Counted from the first letter of the stretch, positions 19,849-29,305 are shown. The stretch is 64,000 bases of DNA from an uncultured bacterium (GCA_938003925.1 CALKWQ010000023.1:18885-82884), one strand, 5' to 3'. Notes: generated by a model not told the origin, from the sequence alone. Made by a program: numbers and translations.

Positions 19849-20274
19849 CTAAATTAGATTATGCAAAAAGTTCCAGCGTAACGTCAAGCCAATTACCTCT
19901 TGCTGATCAAACCAGCGCAAATCTAAGGCTTGATCGTCCCGTTTTAACTCACCGCCAATAATATAACCTTCGAAAATTACTAATTCTACTTGGCTAGTAT
20001 CGTTTCTAGACCCCTTATACTCCTCTTTGGTGATAATGCCATGATAGAGACTGGGACCAAGCTTAATCTGATATCCACTCTCCTCTAAAGCCTCTCTGAT
20101 AGCTGCCTGTTCAAAAGACTCGCCAGCGTCAACGTGCCCACCTGGAAAGCACCAAGTTCCCAATGCCAAACGACCACCCTCTTGCAATAACAAAATTTTA
20201 TCGCCTTGTCGCAAGCGCACAAAGGAGACTTTAGTTAACCCTTGGTCTGCTGATATGGAATCTATCATATTCAT
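19849..20274 (-). CDS. NUDIX hydrolase
   Basis: Nudix box GGHVDAGESFEQAAIREALEESG. Confidence 0.8.
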   Translation of the reverse strand: MNMIDSISADQGLTKVSFVRLRQGDKILLLQEGGRLALGTWCFPGGHVDAGESFEQAAIREALEESGYQIKLGPSLYHGIITKEEYKGSRNDTSQVELVIFEGYIIGGELKRDDQALDLRWFDQQEVIGLTLRWNFLHNLI

Positions 20275-20378
20275 AAATATAACAATCTCTCTCTAAAAAA
20301 GCAAAAAATCACAATAAATTGTTTGACGAAGTTGTTTAAAGAGACTATCATATCAATATAAATTGATTATATAATTAT

Positions 20379-20696
20379 ATGAAGCCGAGATGCTGCACTA
20401 ATAAAAAATTAACACTGGAGTATAAAAATCTGGCTCAGTTTTTGAGAATTATTGGCGATGATAATCGTTTAAGAATCTTGTGCCTACTGAAAGATAGGCA
20501 GCGTTGTGTTTGTGAAATATATCCCAACCTAAATTTATCTCAAAATCTTGTTTCTAGCCATCTAAAAATTATGCTGAATTTTGGCCTATTAACAATTAGA
20601 CCAGAGTGGAAGAGAAATTACTACTCTATTAACCCAACAATTTTTAAAAAATATAATTCGTTACTAACTAATTTTTTAAAAAAATATGAGCAATAA
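20379..20696 (+). CDS. ArsR/SmtB-family transcriptional regulator
   Basis: LRIIGDDNRLRILCLL..RCVCEI..LSQNLVSSHLKIM is a winged-HTH with the CVC metal/metalloid motif. Confidence 0.75.
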   Translation: MKPRCCTNKKLTLEYKNLAQFLRIIGDDNRLRILCLLKDRQRCVCEIYPNLNLSQNLVSSHLKIMLNFGLLTIRPEWKRNYYSINPTIFKKYNSLLTNFLKKYEQ

Positions 20697-20991
20697 AATT
20701 AACAGCATCCAGGTTTTAGGATCTGGTTGTCCGAGCTGCAAAAGGTTGTTTAATCTCACGCAAACAGCTTTAAATCAATTAAATATTGAAGTCGGCGCGG
20801 AGTATATATCTGATATTCGAAAGATTATTGAGCTCGGTCTAATGTCTAGCCCTGTTTTAATTATTAATAATAAAGTGGTCTTAATGGGCCAATTACCTAA
20901 TCTAGAACAAATAAAAACGATCATTTCCTCCTACAAACAAGACTCGGCTAGCCCAGTGCGCGACACCCACACTCAAATTAACAAGTGTTAA
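20686..20991 (+). CDS. Small thioredoxin-fold redox-active disulfide protein
   Basis: IQVLGSGCPSCKRL CxxC motif. The size and position between ArsR and the permease are typical for this operon type. Confidence 0.7.
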   Translation: MSNKINSIQVLGSGCPSCKRLFNLTQTALNQLNIEVGAEYISDIRKIIELGLMSSPVLIINNKVVLMGQLPNLEQIKTIISSYKQDSASPVRDTHTQINKC

Positions 20992-20992
20992 T

Positions 20993-21973
20993 ATGAATAT
21001 ATTTTACCCAATACAATTATTTGCAGACATTATAAATAATATAACGGGACTGGACAAAGAATCTTATTTTGGAGGTACGATTAATTTTTTTGTATACGAT
21101 GCGATTAAAATAGGACTACTCTTGATAGTGATTAATTACATAATGGCAATCACACGTTACTACTTCCCCATAGAAAAAGCGCGAACTATTTTAACTAAAA
21201 AGCGTTGGCTTGGCGTAAACTATCTAATAGCAGCAATTTTGGGAATAATTACACCATTTTGTTCGTGTTCATCAACACCTTTATTTATAGGCTTCATGGG
21301 AGCGGGCATACCTCTAGGAATTACTTTTGCTTTTTTAATTAGCTCTCCGCTTATTAACGAGGCTTCTATTTATTTGTTTCCCGCCATGTTCGGATTAAAA
21401 GTTACAATTTTGTATAACTTGTTTGGCCTGGCTATTGCGATATTAGGAGGCATGTTAATACAGAAGCTTAAGCTTGAAAAATATGTCATTCCAGAATTAT
21501 TGAAGTTTAAATCTCGCACGCAAATTGAAATAGACGAGAGAGGTAAAAAAATAAGTGCCCGGCAATTAATCGTTTATTTTTGGCAAGACAGTGTGAGTAT
21601 TACTAAGAAGATTTTTCCTTATGTAGTTTTGGGGGTTGGCGTTGGCGCTATTATTCATGGTTTTGTGCCAAGTAGTTTGGTTGAGCATTATCTTTCCGTA
21701 AAAGCCTGGTGGACTGTACCTATGGCCGTATTGCTCGGCGCCCCCATCTACGCTAATTCTGTTAGCGTGCTTCCGATAATGGAAGTAATGATTGGAAAAG
21801 GCGCCCCTCTTGGCACAGTTTTGGCCTTCATGACAGCTATTGTGACTCTTTCTATTCCTGAAGCCCTAATCTTAAAAAAAGTAATGCGCTGGCAACTATT
21901 AACAATATTTTTTGGCATTACTACTGTCGGCATTATAATTATGGGTTATCTGTTTAATATAATAATAGCGTAA
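20993..21973 (+). CDS. Permease (ArsP/YraQ, DUF318-type)
   Basis: 326 aa, polytopic, with the TPFCSCSSTPLF cysteine motif characteristic of this permease family. Starts 2 nt after the upstream stop. Confidence 0.7.
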   Translation: MNIFYPIQLFADIINNITGLDKESYFGGTINFFVYDAIKIGLLLIVINYIMAITRYYFPIEKARTILTKKRWLGVNYLIAAILGIITPFCSCSSTPLFIGFMGAGIPLGITFAFLISSPLINEASIYLFPAMFGLKVTILYNLFGLAIAILGGMLIQKLKLEKYVIPELLKFKSRTQIEIDERGKKISARQLIVYFWQDSVSITKKIFPYVVLGVGVGAIIHGFVPSSLVEHYLSVKAWWTVPMAVLLGAPIYANSVSVLPIMEVMIGKGAPLGTVLAFMTAIVTLSIPEALILKKVMRWQLLTIFFGITTVGIIIMGYLFNIIIA

Positions 21974-22103
21974 ACAATTAGCGGCGCAATGCTTGAGACT
22001 TTTGAATAGTTGTAGTGTTAAAACTAGCGGAGGATAATAAAACCTAAGACTTAGTATCTATAGAAACAGAGCGAGCAACCACCTCCGCCGTTGTATTAAA
22101 ATG

Positions 22104-22137
22104 ACAAAAAAAGAACGAGATTAACTCGTTCTCTTTT
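22104..22137. terminator. Bidirectional terminator between the permease operon and tRNA-Glu
   Basis: AGAACGAG-ATTAA-CTCGTTCT hairpin flanked by an A-run and a T-run. Confidence 0.7.
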
Positions 22138-22142
22138 ATGTG

Positions 22143-22214
22143 TAGTCCCTAGGGGAGTCGAACCCCTGTTACCAGGATGAAAACCTGGTGTCCTAACCGT
22201 TAGACGAAGGGACC
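22143..22214 (-). tRNA. tRNA-Glu(UUC)
   Basis: 72-nt cloverleaf folded by hand. Acceptor GGTCCCT/AGGGACT, anticodon arm CCAGG-TTTTCAT-CCTGG, T-arm AGGGG-TTCGACT-CCCCT. Confidence 0.85.
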
Positions 22215-22362
22215 AAGATAAAAAAATAAGAAACTAAAGCGTTCTTAATTGCAAAAATATTGTATAGATATTTTTTTTCTTTGTCAAATTGTGTTACAGG
22301 TTTTGTTCGTCTACTATTACCTAATATTGCCTTTATTTTAAAAAACCTTACAATATCTATAT

Positions 22363-23400
22363 ATGTATATTTTAGGAATTGAGAGTAGTTGTGACGAAAG
22401 CGCCGCTTCCGTCTTGATAGGCTCTGGACAAAAAACCAAAATTTTGAGCAACGTAATTGCTTCTCAAATTGATATCCACGCCCAATATGGCGGGGTTATT
22501 CCTGAAATTGCTGCACGTGAACACGTGTTAAATATCCTGCCCACTATAGAGACGGCGCTAAAAACAGCCGGTATTACCAAAAAACAACTTAAGGCGATTG
22601 CCGTCACCCAAGGACCTGGTCTTATCACCTCTTTAATCGCTGGCGTAGAAACAGCTAAAGCGTTAGCCTTGGTGTGGAATAAGCCACTTATTCCCGTTCA
22701 TCATATTATTGGTCATATCTACGCCAATTTTATTAATACCCCAATAACTCCTCGTTTCCCCTTGCTGGCCCTAGTTGTTTCCGGCGGACATAGTAACTTG
22801 ATTTTAATGAACGAGCACTACCAGTTTAAAATTATCGGCGAAACTCGCGACGATGCAGCTGGTGAGGCTTATGATAAGGCGGCTAAGATGTTAGGCTTAT
22901 CTTACCCAGGCGGCCCCATCATCGCCCAACACGCCCAAGCTTTTAGAGAGAGCGGACGGAATTGCTCCATTATCTTGCCACGGCCTATGCTAAATTCACC
23001 TGATTTGGACTTTTCTTTTTCAGGACTAAAAACCGCCCTACTATACCACTTACAAAAAGATGCTAAGTGGCGCCAGCGTCTAGACGAATACTGTTTTGCC
23101 TTTGAACAAGCAGTCATCGAGACGTTGATCCACAAAACTTTGAAAGCAGCTAAGTCTACTAATCCCCGTAGCATTATTCTAGCTGGCGGAGTAGCGGCCA
23201 ATACGGCGCTCAGACAACAACTGAAGGAACAAATAGCTCTAAAATTACCAAAAATAAAGTTATTTCTACCTGAAAAACAATATACTACCGACAATGCCGC
23301 CATGATTGCTGCTGCCGGATATTTTAGCTATTATAAGAAAAAAGAAGCTGCTTTTTTGCCTTATCAGCGCTTGCGTGCACGTTGCGATTTAAAAATGTAG
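22363..23400 (+). CDS. tsaD: tRNA N6-adenosine threonylcarbamoyltransferase
   Basis: The MYILGIESSCDESAASV start, HH metal site (IPVHHIIGHI), GGVAAN and the ASKHA fold pattern match Kae1/TsaD. Confidence 0.9.
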   Translation: MYILGIESSCDESAASVLIGSGQKTKILSNVIASQIDIHAQYGGVIPEIAAREHVLNILPTIETALKTAGITKKQLKAIAVTQGPGLITSLIAGVETAKALALVWNKPLIPVHHIIGHIYANFINTPITPRFPLLALVVSGGHSNLILMNEHYQFKIIGETRDDAAGEAYDKAAKMLGLSYPGGPIIAQHAQAFRESGRNCSIILPRPMLNSPDLDFSFSGLKTALLYHLQKDAKWRQRLDEYCFAFEQAVIETLIHKTLKAAKSTNPRSIILAGGVAANTALRQQLKEQIALKLPKIKLFLPEKQYTTDNAAMIAAAGYFSYYKKKEAAFLPYQRLRARCDLKM

Positions 23401-23451
23401 TCAAGTAGTTGCTTTTTTACTGCCAATCCTTTAAAATATGGATATTCAACT

Positions 23452-23525
23452 GGCTCGATGGTGAAGTGGTCTAACACTGCAGTTTGCAAAACTGCCATTC
23501 GTGGGTTCGACTCCCACTCGAGCCT
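23452..23525 (+). tRNA. tRNA-Cys(GCA)
   Basis: Acceptor GGCTCGA/TCGAGCC with discriminator U, anticodon arm GCAGT-TTGCAAA-ACTGC, T-arm GTGGG-TTCGACT-CCCAC. Confidence 0.85.
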
Positions 23526-23749
23526 CAATAAAAATAAAAAGGCTTTAGTCTAATATATGCTAGACTAAAGCCTTTTTAAGTAATTACGACCTTAAATTAA
23601 AGTGAAATATCTGTGGATAACTTGTGTTTTCTGTGTATAAAAATTTAATTTTAGTCCAGAAAAGTCTAGACTTAAAATAAATAAATACCTCATATTTTTG
23701 CTATTATTAGACAATATATCTAATGTTTGCTAGAAAATATCACTAAGTC

Positions 23750-23778
23750 TTGCCTTATCCCCAGATACATGCTATAAT
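23750..23778 (+). promoter_or_regulatory. Sigma70-type promoter with extended -10 (TTGCCT-N17-TGcTATAAT)
   Basis: TTGCCT at 23750-23755, a 17-nt spacer, TG at 23770-71, TATAAT at 23773-23778. Confidence 0.55.
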
Positions 23779-23784
23779 ATTAAT

Positions 23785-24143
23785 AGTTAAATAAAGTTCT
23801 CTACACTAATCTCTTGATTACTACCGGCGCTAGTACGGTAAAGAAGAGCTAAAAATAGCTCAAGGAGCAGGAAACGTGCTAATCAAAAAGAAGAAGAAAG
23901 CTTAATAGAGTCTAAAAAAGAAATTTTATCAAGCTTTTATCTGAAAATTAGCAAAATCAATTAAAATAAACATCCCTGCAAAGAATTGGTAAGAGAATAA
24001 AGCTTTAAAACTAGCAGAAGCTCTAAATAATCCTGGCGATTATTCTTTAAAACAAAGAAGCTAGGATTGGAGCTCAGACGTTGGCCTATTATTTATATAC
24101 TTTATATATTTTATAAAGAGGGGCCCGTTCTGGGCTCCTTTTT
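23785..24143 (+). ncRNA. Candidate roughly 360-nt non-coding transcript of unknown class
   Basis: The unit is bounded by the promoter above and an intrinsic terminator (AGGGGCCC-GTTCT-GGGCTCCT plus T-run, 24119-24143). The interval has no ATG and all frames contain many stops. Local hairpins are present, for example GAGCTA-AAAA-TAGCTC. Confidence 0.3.
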
Positions 24144-24229
24144 ATTTAACAAAATAACTCACCTTAATTGCTTTTTCCCTCTAAACCTGATAAATAAGTA
24201 GTAGTCTAATAAATCTTTAGTTAAACCCT

Positions 24230-25294
24230 ATGCCCCTATCTATCGGCATCGTTGGTTTGCCTAACGTCGGCAAATCAACCCTATTCAATATCCTCACCAA
24301 AAAAAGCGTGGAAGCGGCTAATTACCCTTTCTGCACCATTGATCCTAACGTGGGAGTGGTTAAAGTGCCGGATAAGCGCTTAGAACAGCTCGCAGCAGTG
24401 TCTAAACCGGCCAAGATTATCCCTACCGCTATTGAGTTTGTCGATATCGCCGGACTAGTCGCTGGCGCTAGCAAGGGAGAGGGTCTAGGCAATCAATTTC
24501 TTGCTCACATACGTGAATGTGACGCTATCTGCGAAGTGGTACGTAATTTTCAAGACAAAAATATTATCCATGTAAGCGGGGCAGTCGATCCCAAATCCGA
24601 CAAAGAAACTATCAATTTAGAGCTAATTCTGGCTGATTTAGGCAGTATAGAAAAAAGATTGGATAAAACACGCAAGGAAAGTCGCAGTGGTAATAAAGAA
24701 TTAATCTGGCAAACAGCCATACTGGATAAAATCTACCAACATCTAGAGGCTGGTCTGGCGGCTAGAGCGCTCTCGTTTGAGGAAGAAGAGTGGCCTTTTG
24801 TAAGAAGCTTAAATCTGCTTACCATCAAACCTATTATTTATCTCTTAAATGCCGATGATTTAGACAACTTACCAGACTTGGGTGAAATGGACGGAGAGGT
24901 AATTGCGGTCAATGTCAAAATGGAGGCAGAAATTGCCGCCCTACCAGAAGAGGAACAAGTAGAATACATCCAAGAATTAGGATTAAAGCAAAGCGGTTTA
25001 GACAAACTGATTTCAACCTCCTATAAACTACTGGGTTTAGATACTTTCTTTACCACCGGCCCAGACGAAACCAGAGCCTGGACTATTAAACATGGAACTA
25101 AAGGACCAGAAGCTGCCGGCGTCATTCACACCGATTTTATCAAGGGTTTTATCCGAGCAGAGGTGATCAATTGGCAACAACTGGTAACCCTAGGCAGCGA
25201 GTCTAAAGCCAGAGAACAGGGATTAATTCGGACTGAAGGTAAGGATTATATCGTCCAAGATGGTGACGTTTGCAATTTTCTAGTCAATAGATAA
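24230..25294 (+). CDS. ychF: Redox-regulated ribosome-binding ATPase YchF
   Basis: [16 protein letters not shown]-loop, [10 protein letters not shown], and a TGS-like C-terminus (DGDVCNF). Confidence 0.9.
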   Translation: MPLSIGIVGLPNVGKSTLFNILTKKSVEAANYPFCTIDPNVGVVKVPDKRLEQLAAVSKPAKIIPTAIEFVDIAGLVAGASKGEGLGNQFLAHIRECDAICEVVRNFQDKNIIHVSGAVDPKSDKETINLELILADLGSIEKRLDKTRKESRSGNKELIWQTAILDKIYQHLEAGLAARALSFEEEEWPFVRSLNLLTIKPIIYLLNADDLDNLPDLGEMDGEVIAVNVKMEAEIAALPEEEQVEYIQELGLKQSGLDKLISTSYKLLGLDTFFTTGPDETRAWTIKHGTKGPEAAGVIHTDFIKGFIRAEVINWQQLVTLGSESKAREQGLIRTEGKDYIVQDGDVCNFLVNR

Positions 25295-25354
25295 ATTGAG
25301 ATAAAAAAAATCCGGCTGCAAAGTCGGATTTTTTATTAGCAATTCATTAAACTA

Positions 25355-25903
25355 TTATTTAGCCAACGGCATCATCGATGAATGACTAGCGCTTTTAGGG
25401 CCACTAGCTAAACCATGATTGTCGGCACGCTCACGAACCTGAGAAATAGATACAAACGGACGATTAACTGGCCCGGGCAGATTAGGTGAGGCCACACCAC
25501 TTAAGCCCGAGTTATTGACTAAAGTTGTTTGACCGGCTAAATGTGCTTTTTCTAGAGGCTTATTATCATCTAAAGCGCGCACTATCCGTGGCCTTGCCAC
25601 CGGCTGGCTTTTGCCTAGATGGGCTAACATCTTTTTAACTGTATTCTTAGCAGGAGAACTTAGGGGCGCTTCTTTGCTAATCTGACGCAAAGCCGAATTA
25701 CGCTGACTAACACCAAATTTGCCTTCGCGAATCAAGCTTTCGTATTTGCGCACTGCTTTAATAATAGACTCTTGATTATCAGATAAAGAGCGTAAAGAGC
25801 TGTTATATTTAATAGCTGATTTGAGCTTGTCTTTAAAACTGCTAGAACCGCCAGTGGCATGAAATTTATCACCCCCTACCGGCAACCTATCAATTACCCC
25901 CAT
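25355..25903 (-). CDS. Hypothetical protein (low-complexity, Ser/Pro/Lys-rich)
   Basis: 182-aa ORF starting 4 nt downstream of the preceding gene's stop on the same strand. I recognise no motif. Confidence 0.35.
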   Translation of the reverse strand: MGVIDRLPVGGDKFHATGGSSSFKDKLKSAIKYNSSLRSLSDNQESIIKAVRKYESLIREGKFGVSQRNSALRQISKEAPLSSPAKNTVKKMLAHLGKSQPVARPRIVRALDDNKPLEKAHLAGQTTLVNNSGLSGVASPNLPGPVNRPFVSISQVRERADNHGLASGPKSASHSSMMPLAK

Positions 25904-25907
25904 ATAA

Positions 25908-27086
25908 TTATTTTTCTAAAATTATTAGTTCTCGCCACACTCGCTGGCCTTCACGATGATATAAGATGGTATCACGATAACTTAACTGCACCCAGGGTAA
26001 ATGAGCAAACTTTTCCGGCACTGCTTTAATTTGTCGCCACTGATCCAGGGCTGGCTTAATAAATTCATGACCAAAAAACACGGGCCACACCATTGCCACC
26101 CTTCCGCCTGGCTTCAGAATCTGATAAAAATTATTCAAAGCTTGAGTATAGAGAGTCTGTAATTCCGATTTAACTGCTTCTATATCATTAAGACCGCGTT
26201 GCGGCCCAAGATAAGGCTCCGTCACAATTAAATCAACGCTATTGGGCTTTAAAAACTGATGCAAACGGGTAGCGTTCTTGAGATGAAATTTGGGTTTCAT
26301 GGTTAACCCGTATAATTCTCTGATCCATTCAGCATTAACCCGACTGTCTTTAACAGCCTTTTCGGACAAATCAATGCCTAAAAGATTTTCATAACCCAGC
26401 AACATGGCTTCAGTAATAATTGTACCTGAACCGCAAAAAGGATCTAAAAGCAGGTCTTGGCGACTATGCGCCCCCGCGCAATTAATCAAGATTTGTGCCA
26501 ACTTAGGTGGCAACATACCCGAATGATCATCGCGTGCCGGCCGGCCGAAGTCACGTCGCGATAAATCTTTATAAGGCTGAATCGCTAGGGTGCGCACGAT
26601 AAATAAATCTTGACCATGCCGGAAAAAAATTAATTCCGCTCCTTTGCTTAACAACTTATTCTGACCAACTACTACACTAGATAATTCTTTTTCCTTACTA
26701 GTAACGAGACGTGAGGAAATACCCAGAACCTTAAGCTCTTTCTTAATCTGTAAACCCAGCTTATCAGCAGCGAAACGACCGCCCACGCCGTGATCAGACA
26801 ATCCAAACACTAATTTACCCTCTCCTCTCGAGCCTTTAGCCACCAAGAGTCGAGCGCATTGCTTAGCTAATTGCGGGAAGGGCGTGTTAATGGGAACAAA
26901 AGCTTCAATTGCGCCAATCTTGAGAGTGCCTCCCAACTGTTTAATCAAGCTCTCGGCCGCCAAGCTGGCATCTTTTTTAATTAAAATACGCTCATTTTCC
27001 CAAAACAAGCCAGATTCGCCCAAAACAGCAGCAATTTCTGCCACCGACCAGGACGGGTGCGTTCCTAAAATAAAAGCATAATCCAT
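25908..27086 (-). CDS. Putative RNA (guanine-N2-type, UPF0020/Trm11-like) SAM-dependent methyltransferase
   Basis: LLDPFCGSGTIITEAMLLG (motif I) and VTEPYLG (a motif IV variant of DPPY), with an N-terminal non-catalytic domain. Confidence 0.55.
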   Translation of the reverse strand: MDYAFILGTHPSWSVAEIAAVLGESGLFWENERILIKKDASLAAESLIKQLGGTLKIGAIEAFVPINTPFPQLAKQCARLLVAKGSRGEGKLVFGLSDHGVGGRFAADKLGLQIKKELKVLGISSRLVTSKEKELSSVVVGQNKLLSKGAELIFFRHGQDLFIVRTLAIQPYKDLSRRDFGRPARDDHSGMLPPKLAQILINCAGAHSRQDLLLDPFCGSGTIITEAMLLGYENLLGIDLSEKAVKDSRVNAEWIRELYGLTMKPKFHLKNATRLHQFLKPNSVDLIVTEPYLGPQRGLNDIEAVKSELQTLYTQALNNFYQILKPGGRVAMVWPVFFGHEFIKPALDQWRQIKAVPEKFAHLPWVQLSYRDTILYHREGQRVWRELIILEK

Positions 27087-27196
27087 ATGTATCCATAATG
27101 CCCTAACTCTTGCTTTTTTTCAAGCTTTATGATAAGTTGGGATTACAAAAAAATATTTAACATATCTTTCCCATATCCTCGCCTTAGTGCCAGGAT

Positions 27197-27273
27197 AATT
27201 CCGTCACCTTAAAACAACGGAATTAAAGGTATTCCTAGGAAACCCAAATTCTGAAGAATACTTGGGTTTTTGT
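27197..27273 (+). promoter_or_regulatory. Structured leader / attenuator-like element upstream of rpsF-ssb-rpsR
   Basis: Hairpin AATTCCG..CGGAATT (27197-27224), then a terminator-like hairpin AACCCAA-ATTC-TGAA-GAAT-AC-TTGGGTT plus T-run (27241-27273). This lies 68 nt before the rpsF ATG, and there is no plus-strand ORF upstream. Confidence 0.4.
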
Positions 27274-27340
27274 TTAATTAAGGGGTTTAAAAAAATGTTA
27301 AGTACAACTTACATCGTTTTTAAGCTCATCATGTTACATT

Positions 27341-27850
27341 ATGTCTAAAAGCAAAGCCTCTGGACCGAGCCGCTACGAGCTGCTCTTCATTGTTCCCAAC
27401 AATTATACCGAAGATGAAGCTAAAGTTATTATCACTAAAGCAGAAGCAGCTATTAGTGAACAAGGCGCTCAGATTGTCTATCGTGAATTCTGGGGCAAAA
27501 AGAAATTAGCCTATGTTATTAAGCAAAATCACTATGGCTACTACAACTTATGCGAGTTTGACGCGGAGCCAGCTTCTATTCTGAAAATTGACCGCAATTT
27601 GCGTCTATCTAAAGAAATTTTACGACACCAGATTATTAGCATCCCTGTAGTCACTGACGCAGAGAGGGCTGCTATCAAAGAAAAGCAGAACCAAGCCTCT
27701 GCTAAGACTGATAAAAAAGAGGAAAAAACAGTCAAGGAAAAAATGATTAAACCGGCTGTAAAGGCTGAAAAAAATGACAGCAACAAAGCCGAGCTCAAAG
27801 ACTTAGACGAAAAGTTGGAAGGCATCTTAAACGCCAAAGACCTTGTATAA
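27341..27850 (+). CDS. rpsF: 30S ribosomal protein bS6 with a long Lys/Glu-rich C-terminal extension
   Basis: YELLFIV..EFWGKKKLAYVI..GYYNL core. The gene order rpsF-ssb-rpsR supports the call. Confidence 0.85.
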   Translation: MSKSKASGPSRYELLFIVPNNYTEDEAKVIITKAEAAISEQGAQIVYREFWGKKKLAYVIKQNHYGYYNLCEFDAEPASILKIDRNLRLSKEILRHQIISIPVVTDAERAAIKEKQNQASAKTDKKEEKTVKEKMIKPAVKAEKNDSNKAELKDLDEKLEGILNAKDLV

Positions 27851-27901
27851 ACTAAATGCTTAATTTTATAAGCGCGTTTATAAAGTTAAGTTCCTAAATT
27901 T

Positions 27902-28360
27902 ATGAACTTAAACAAAGCCATGGTTATCGGCAATTTAACCCGCGACCCCGAGATGCGCACCACTCCTTCTGGACAAAATGTTGCTTCCTTTAGTGTTGCC
28001 ACTAGCCTTACTTGGACCGATAATGCCGGTCAACAACAAAAGAAGACGGAATTCCACAACATTGTTGCTTGGCGCAAGCTGGCTGACATTTGCGGTCAAT
28101 ATCTCAAGAAGGGCTCCAAAGTCTATCTAGAAGGCCGCTTACAGACTACCGACTGGACCGGACAAGACGGGGTCAAAAGATACCGCACGGAAATAGTGGC
28201 GGAAAATATGATCATGTTGGACCGAGCTGGCAACAGCGACGGTTTCAGTGGTGGCAATTTCAACGCCGGACAAGCTAATCCTAGAGCTGCGGCCGAAGAA
28301 CTGCCGACTATCAATGCTGACGAAGAGGAAGAAATCCGCGTAGAAAATATTCCTTTCTAA
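27902..28360 (+). CDS. ssb: Single-stranded DNA-binding protein
   Basis: MNLNKAMVIGNLTRDPEMRTTPSG OB-fold start, a Gly-rich linker, and an acidic tip EEEIRVENIPF. Confidence 0.9.
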   Translation: MNLNKAMVIGNLTRDPEMRTTPSGQNVASFSVATSLTWTDNAGQQQKKTEFHNIVAWRKLADICGQYLKKGSKVYLEGRLQTTDWTGQDGVKRYRTEIVAENMIMLDRAGNSDGFSGGNFNAGQANPRAAAEELPTINADEEEEIRVENIPF

Positions 28361-28387
28361 AAATTTAAAGACCAAAAAAAATATTAT

Positions 28388-28600
28388 ATGAATAATAAAA
28401 AACAAAAAGATTGCTTTTATTGCGTCAATCAACTAGACGTAGACTACAAGGATGTGCGTGCTTTACGCCGCTTTGTTAACTTCTACATGAAAATTTTACC
28501 AGGTGATCGTACCGGCATCTGTGCTTGGCACCAACGTAAGCTCACTCAGGCCATCAAGCGCGCCAGAGTTATGGCCTTACTCGCCCCAACCCACAAATAA
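28388..28600 (+). CDS. rpsR: 30S ribosomal protein bS18
   Basis: DYKDVRALRRFVN..TGICAWHQRKLTQAIKRARVMALL. Confidence 0.9.
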   Translation: MNNKKQKDCFYCVNQLDVDYKDVRALRRFVNFYMKILPGDRTGICAWHQRKLTQAIKRARVMALLAPTHK

Positions 28601-28628
28601 TCACTCTAAATTTTAAGCAGCGTAAACT

Positions 28629-29192
28629 ATGTTGAACTTTAACGAAATCAAAATCGGTAAGGTGATTCTATTAAACAATGAGCCCTATGTCATTGTCAAA
28701 ACCGATCACCATAAGATGGGTCGCGGTGGCGCCGTCTTAAAAGTAAAGTGTCGCAATCTAATCAACGGTAATATCTTGGAACGAACTTATCAGGGAGCTG
28801 AAAAAGCGGAAGAAGCGGAAACCGAAAAGAAAAAGGCCAACTTTATGTACAAAGATAAAGATGAGGCCTACTTCATGGACAATGAGAGCTACGAACAATT
28901 TAACCTACATGTAGACGAGATTGGCGACAAAGTCTTATTCTTAAAAGAAGGCACTGACGTCAATGTCCTTTATTTCAACGGCAAACCGGTAGCCATCGAC
29001 TTGCCTATTAAAATGGAATTCAAAGTTGTCAGCGCTCCTCCGGGTGTGAAAGGGAATTCTGCTGGTAACGTTAACAAGCAAGTAGAGTTAGAAACTGGCG
29101 CCATTATCAGTGTGCCCATGTTTATCGAAGAGGGCGATATGATTCGTCTCAACACCGATACTGGTGAATATGTAGAAAGAGTCAACCAATAA
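28629..29192 (+). CDS. efp: Elongation factor P (Arg at the tip of the modification loop)
   Basis: 187 aa with the three-domain EF-P pattern. The loop HHKMGRGGAV aligns with E. coli VKPGKGQAF and places Arg at the K34 position. Confidence 0.9.
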   Translation: MLNFNEIKIGKVILLNNEPYVIVKTDHHKMGRGGAVLKVKCRNLINGNILERTYQGAEKAEEAETEKKKANFMYKDKDEAYFMDNESYEQFNLHVDEIGDKVLFLKEGTDVNVLYFNGKPVAIDLPIKMEFKVVSAPPGVKGNSAGNVNKQVELETGAIISVPMFIEEGDMIRLNTDTGEYVERVNQ

Positions 29193-29305
29193 TTATCACC
29201 ACCTCCTAAGACCGCCCCCGGTTTGGCTACGCCTCTGCGGGGCGGTTTTGTATCCTGACTCCTAAGTTACTGGCCGCCGACCGATTCATGCTATAATCAA
29301 AATAT

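Noticed and set aside
23785-24143. Identification of the roughly 360-nt unit as tmRNA, RNase P RNA or SRP RNA.
   Set aside because: It lacks a GGGG.. acceptor plus T-arm/CCA-proximal 3' end (tmRNA), the GAGGAAAGUCC / P4 elements (RNase P), and the GNRA-tetraloop with CAGG/AGCA loops in the correct order (SRP). It is left as unknown.
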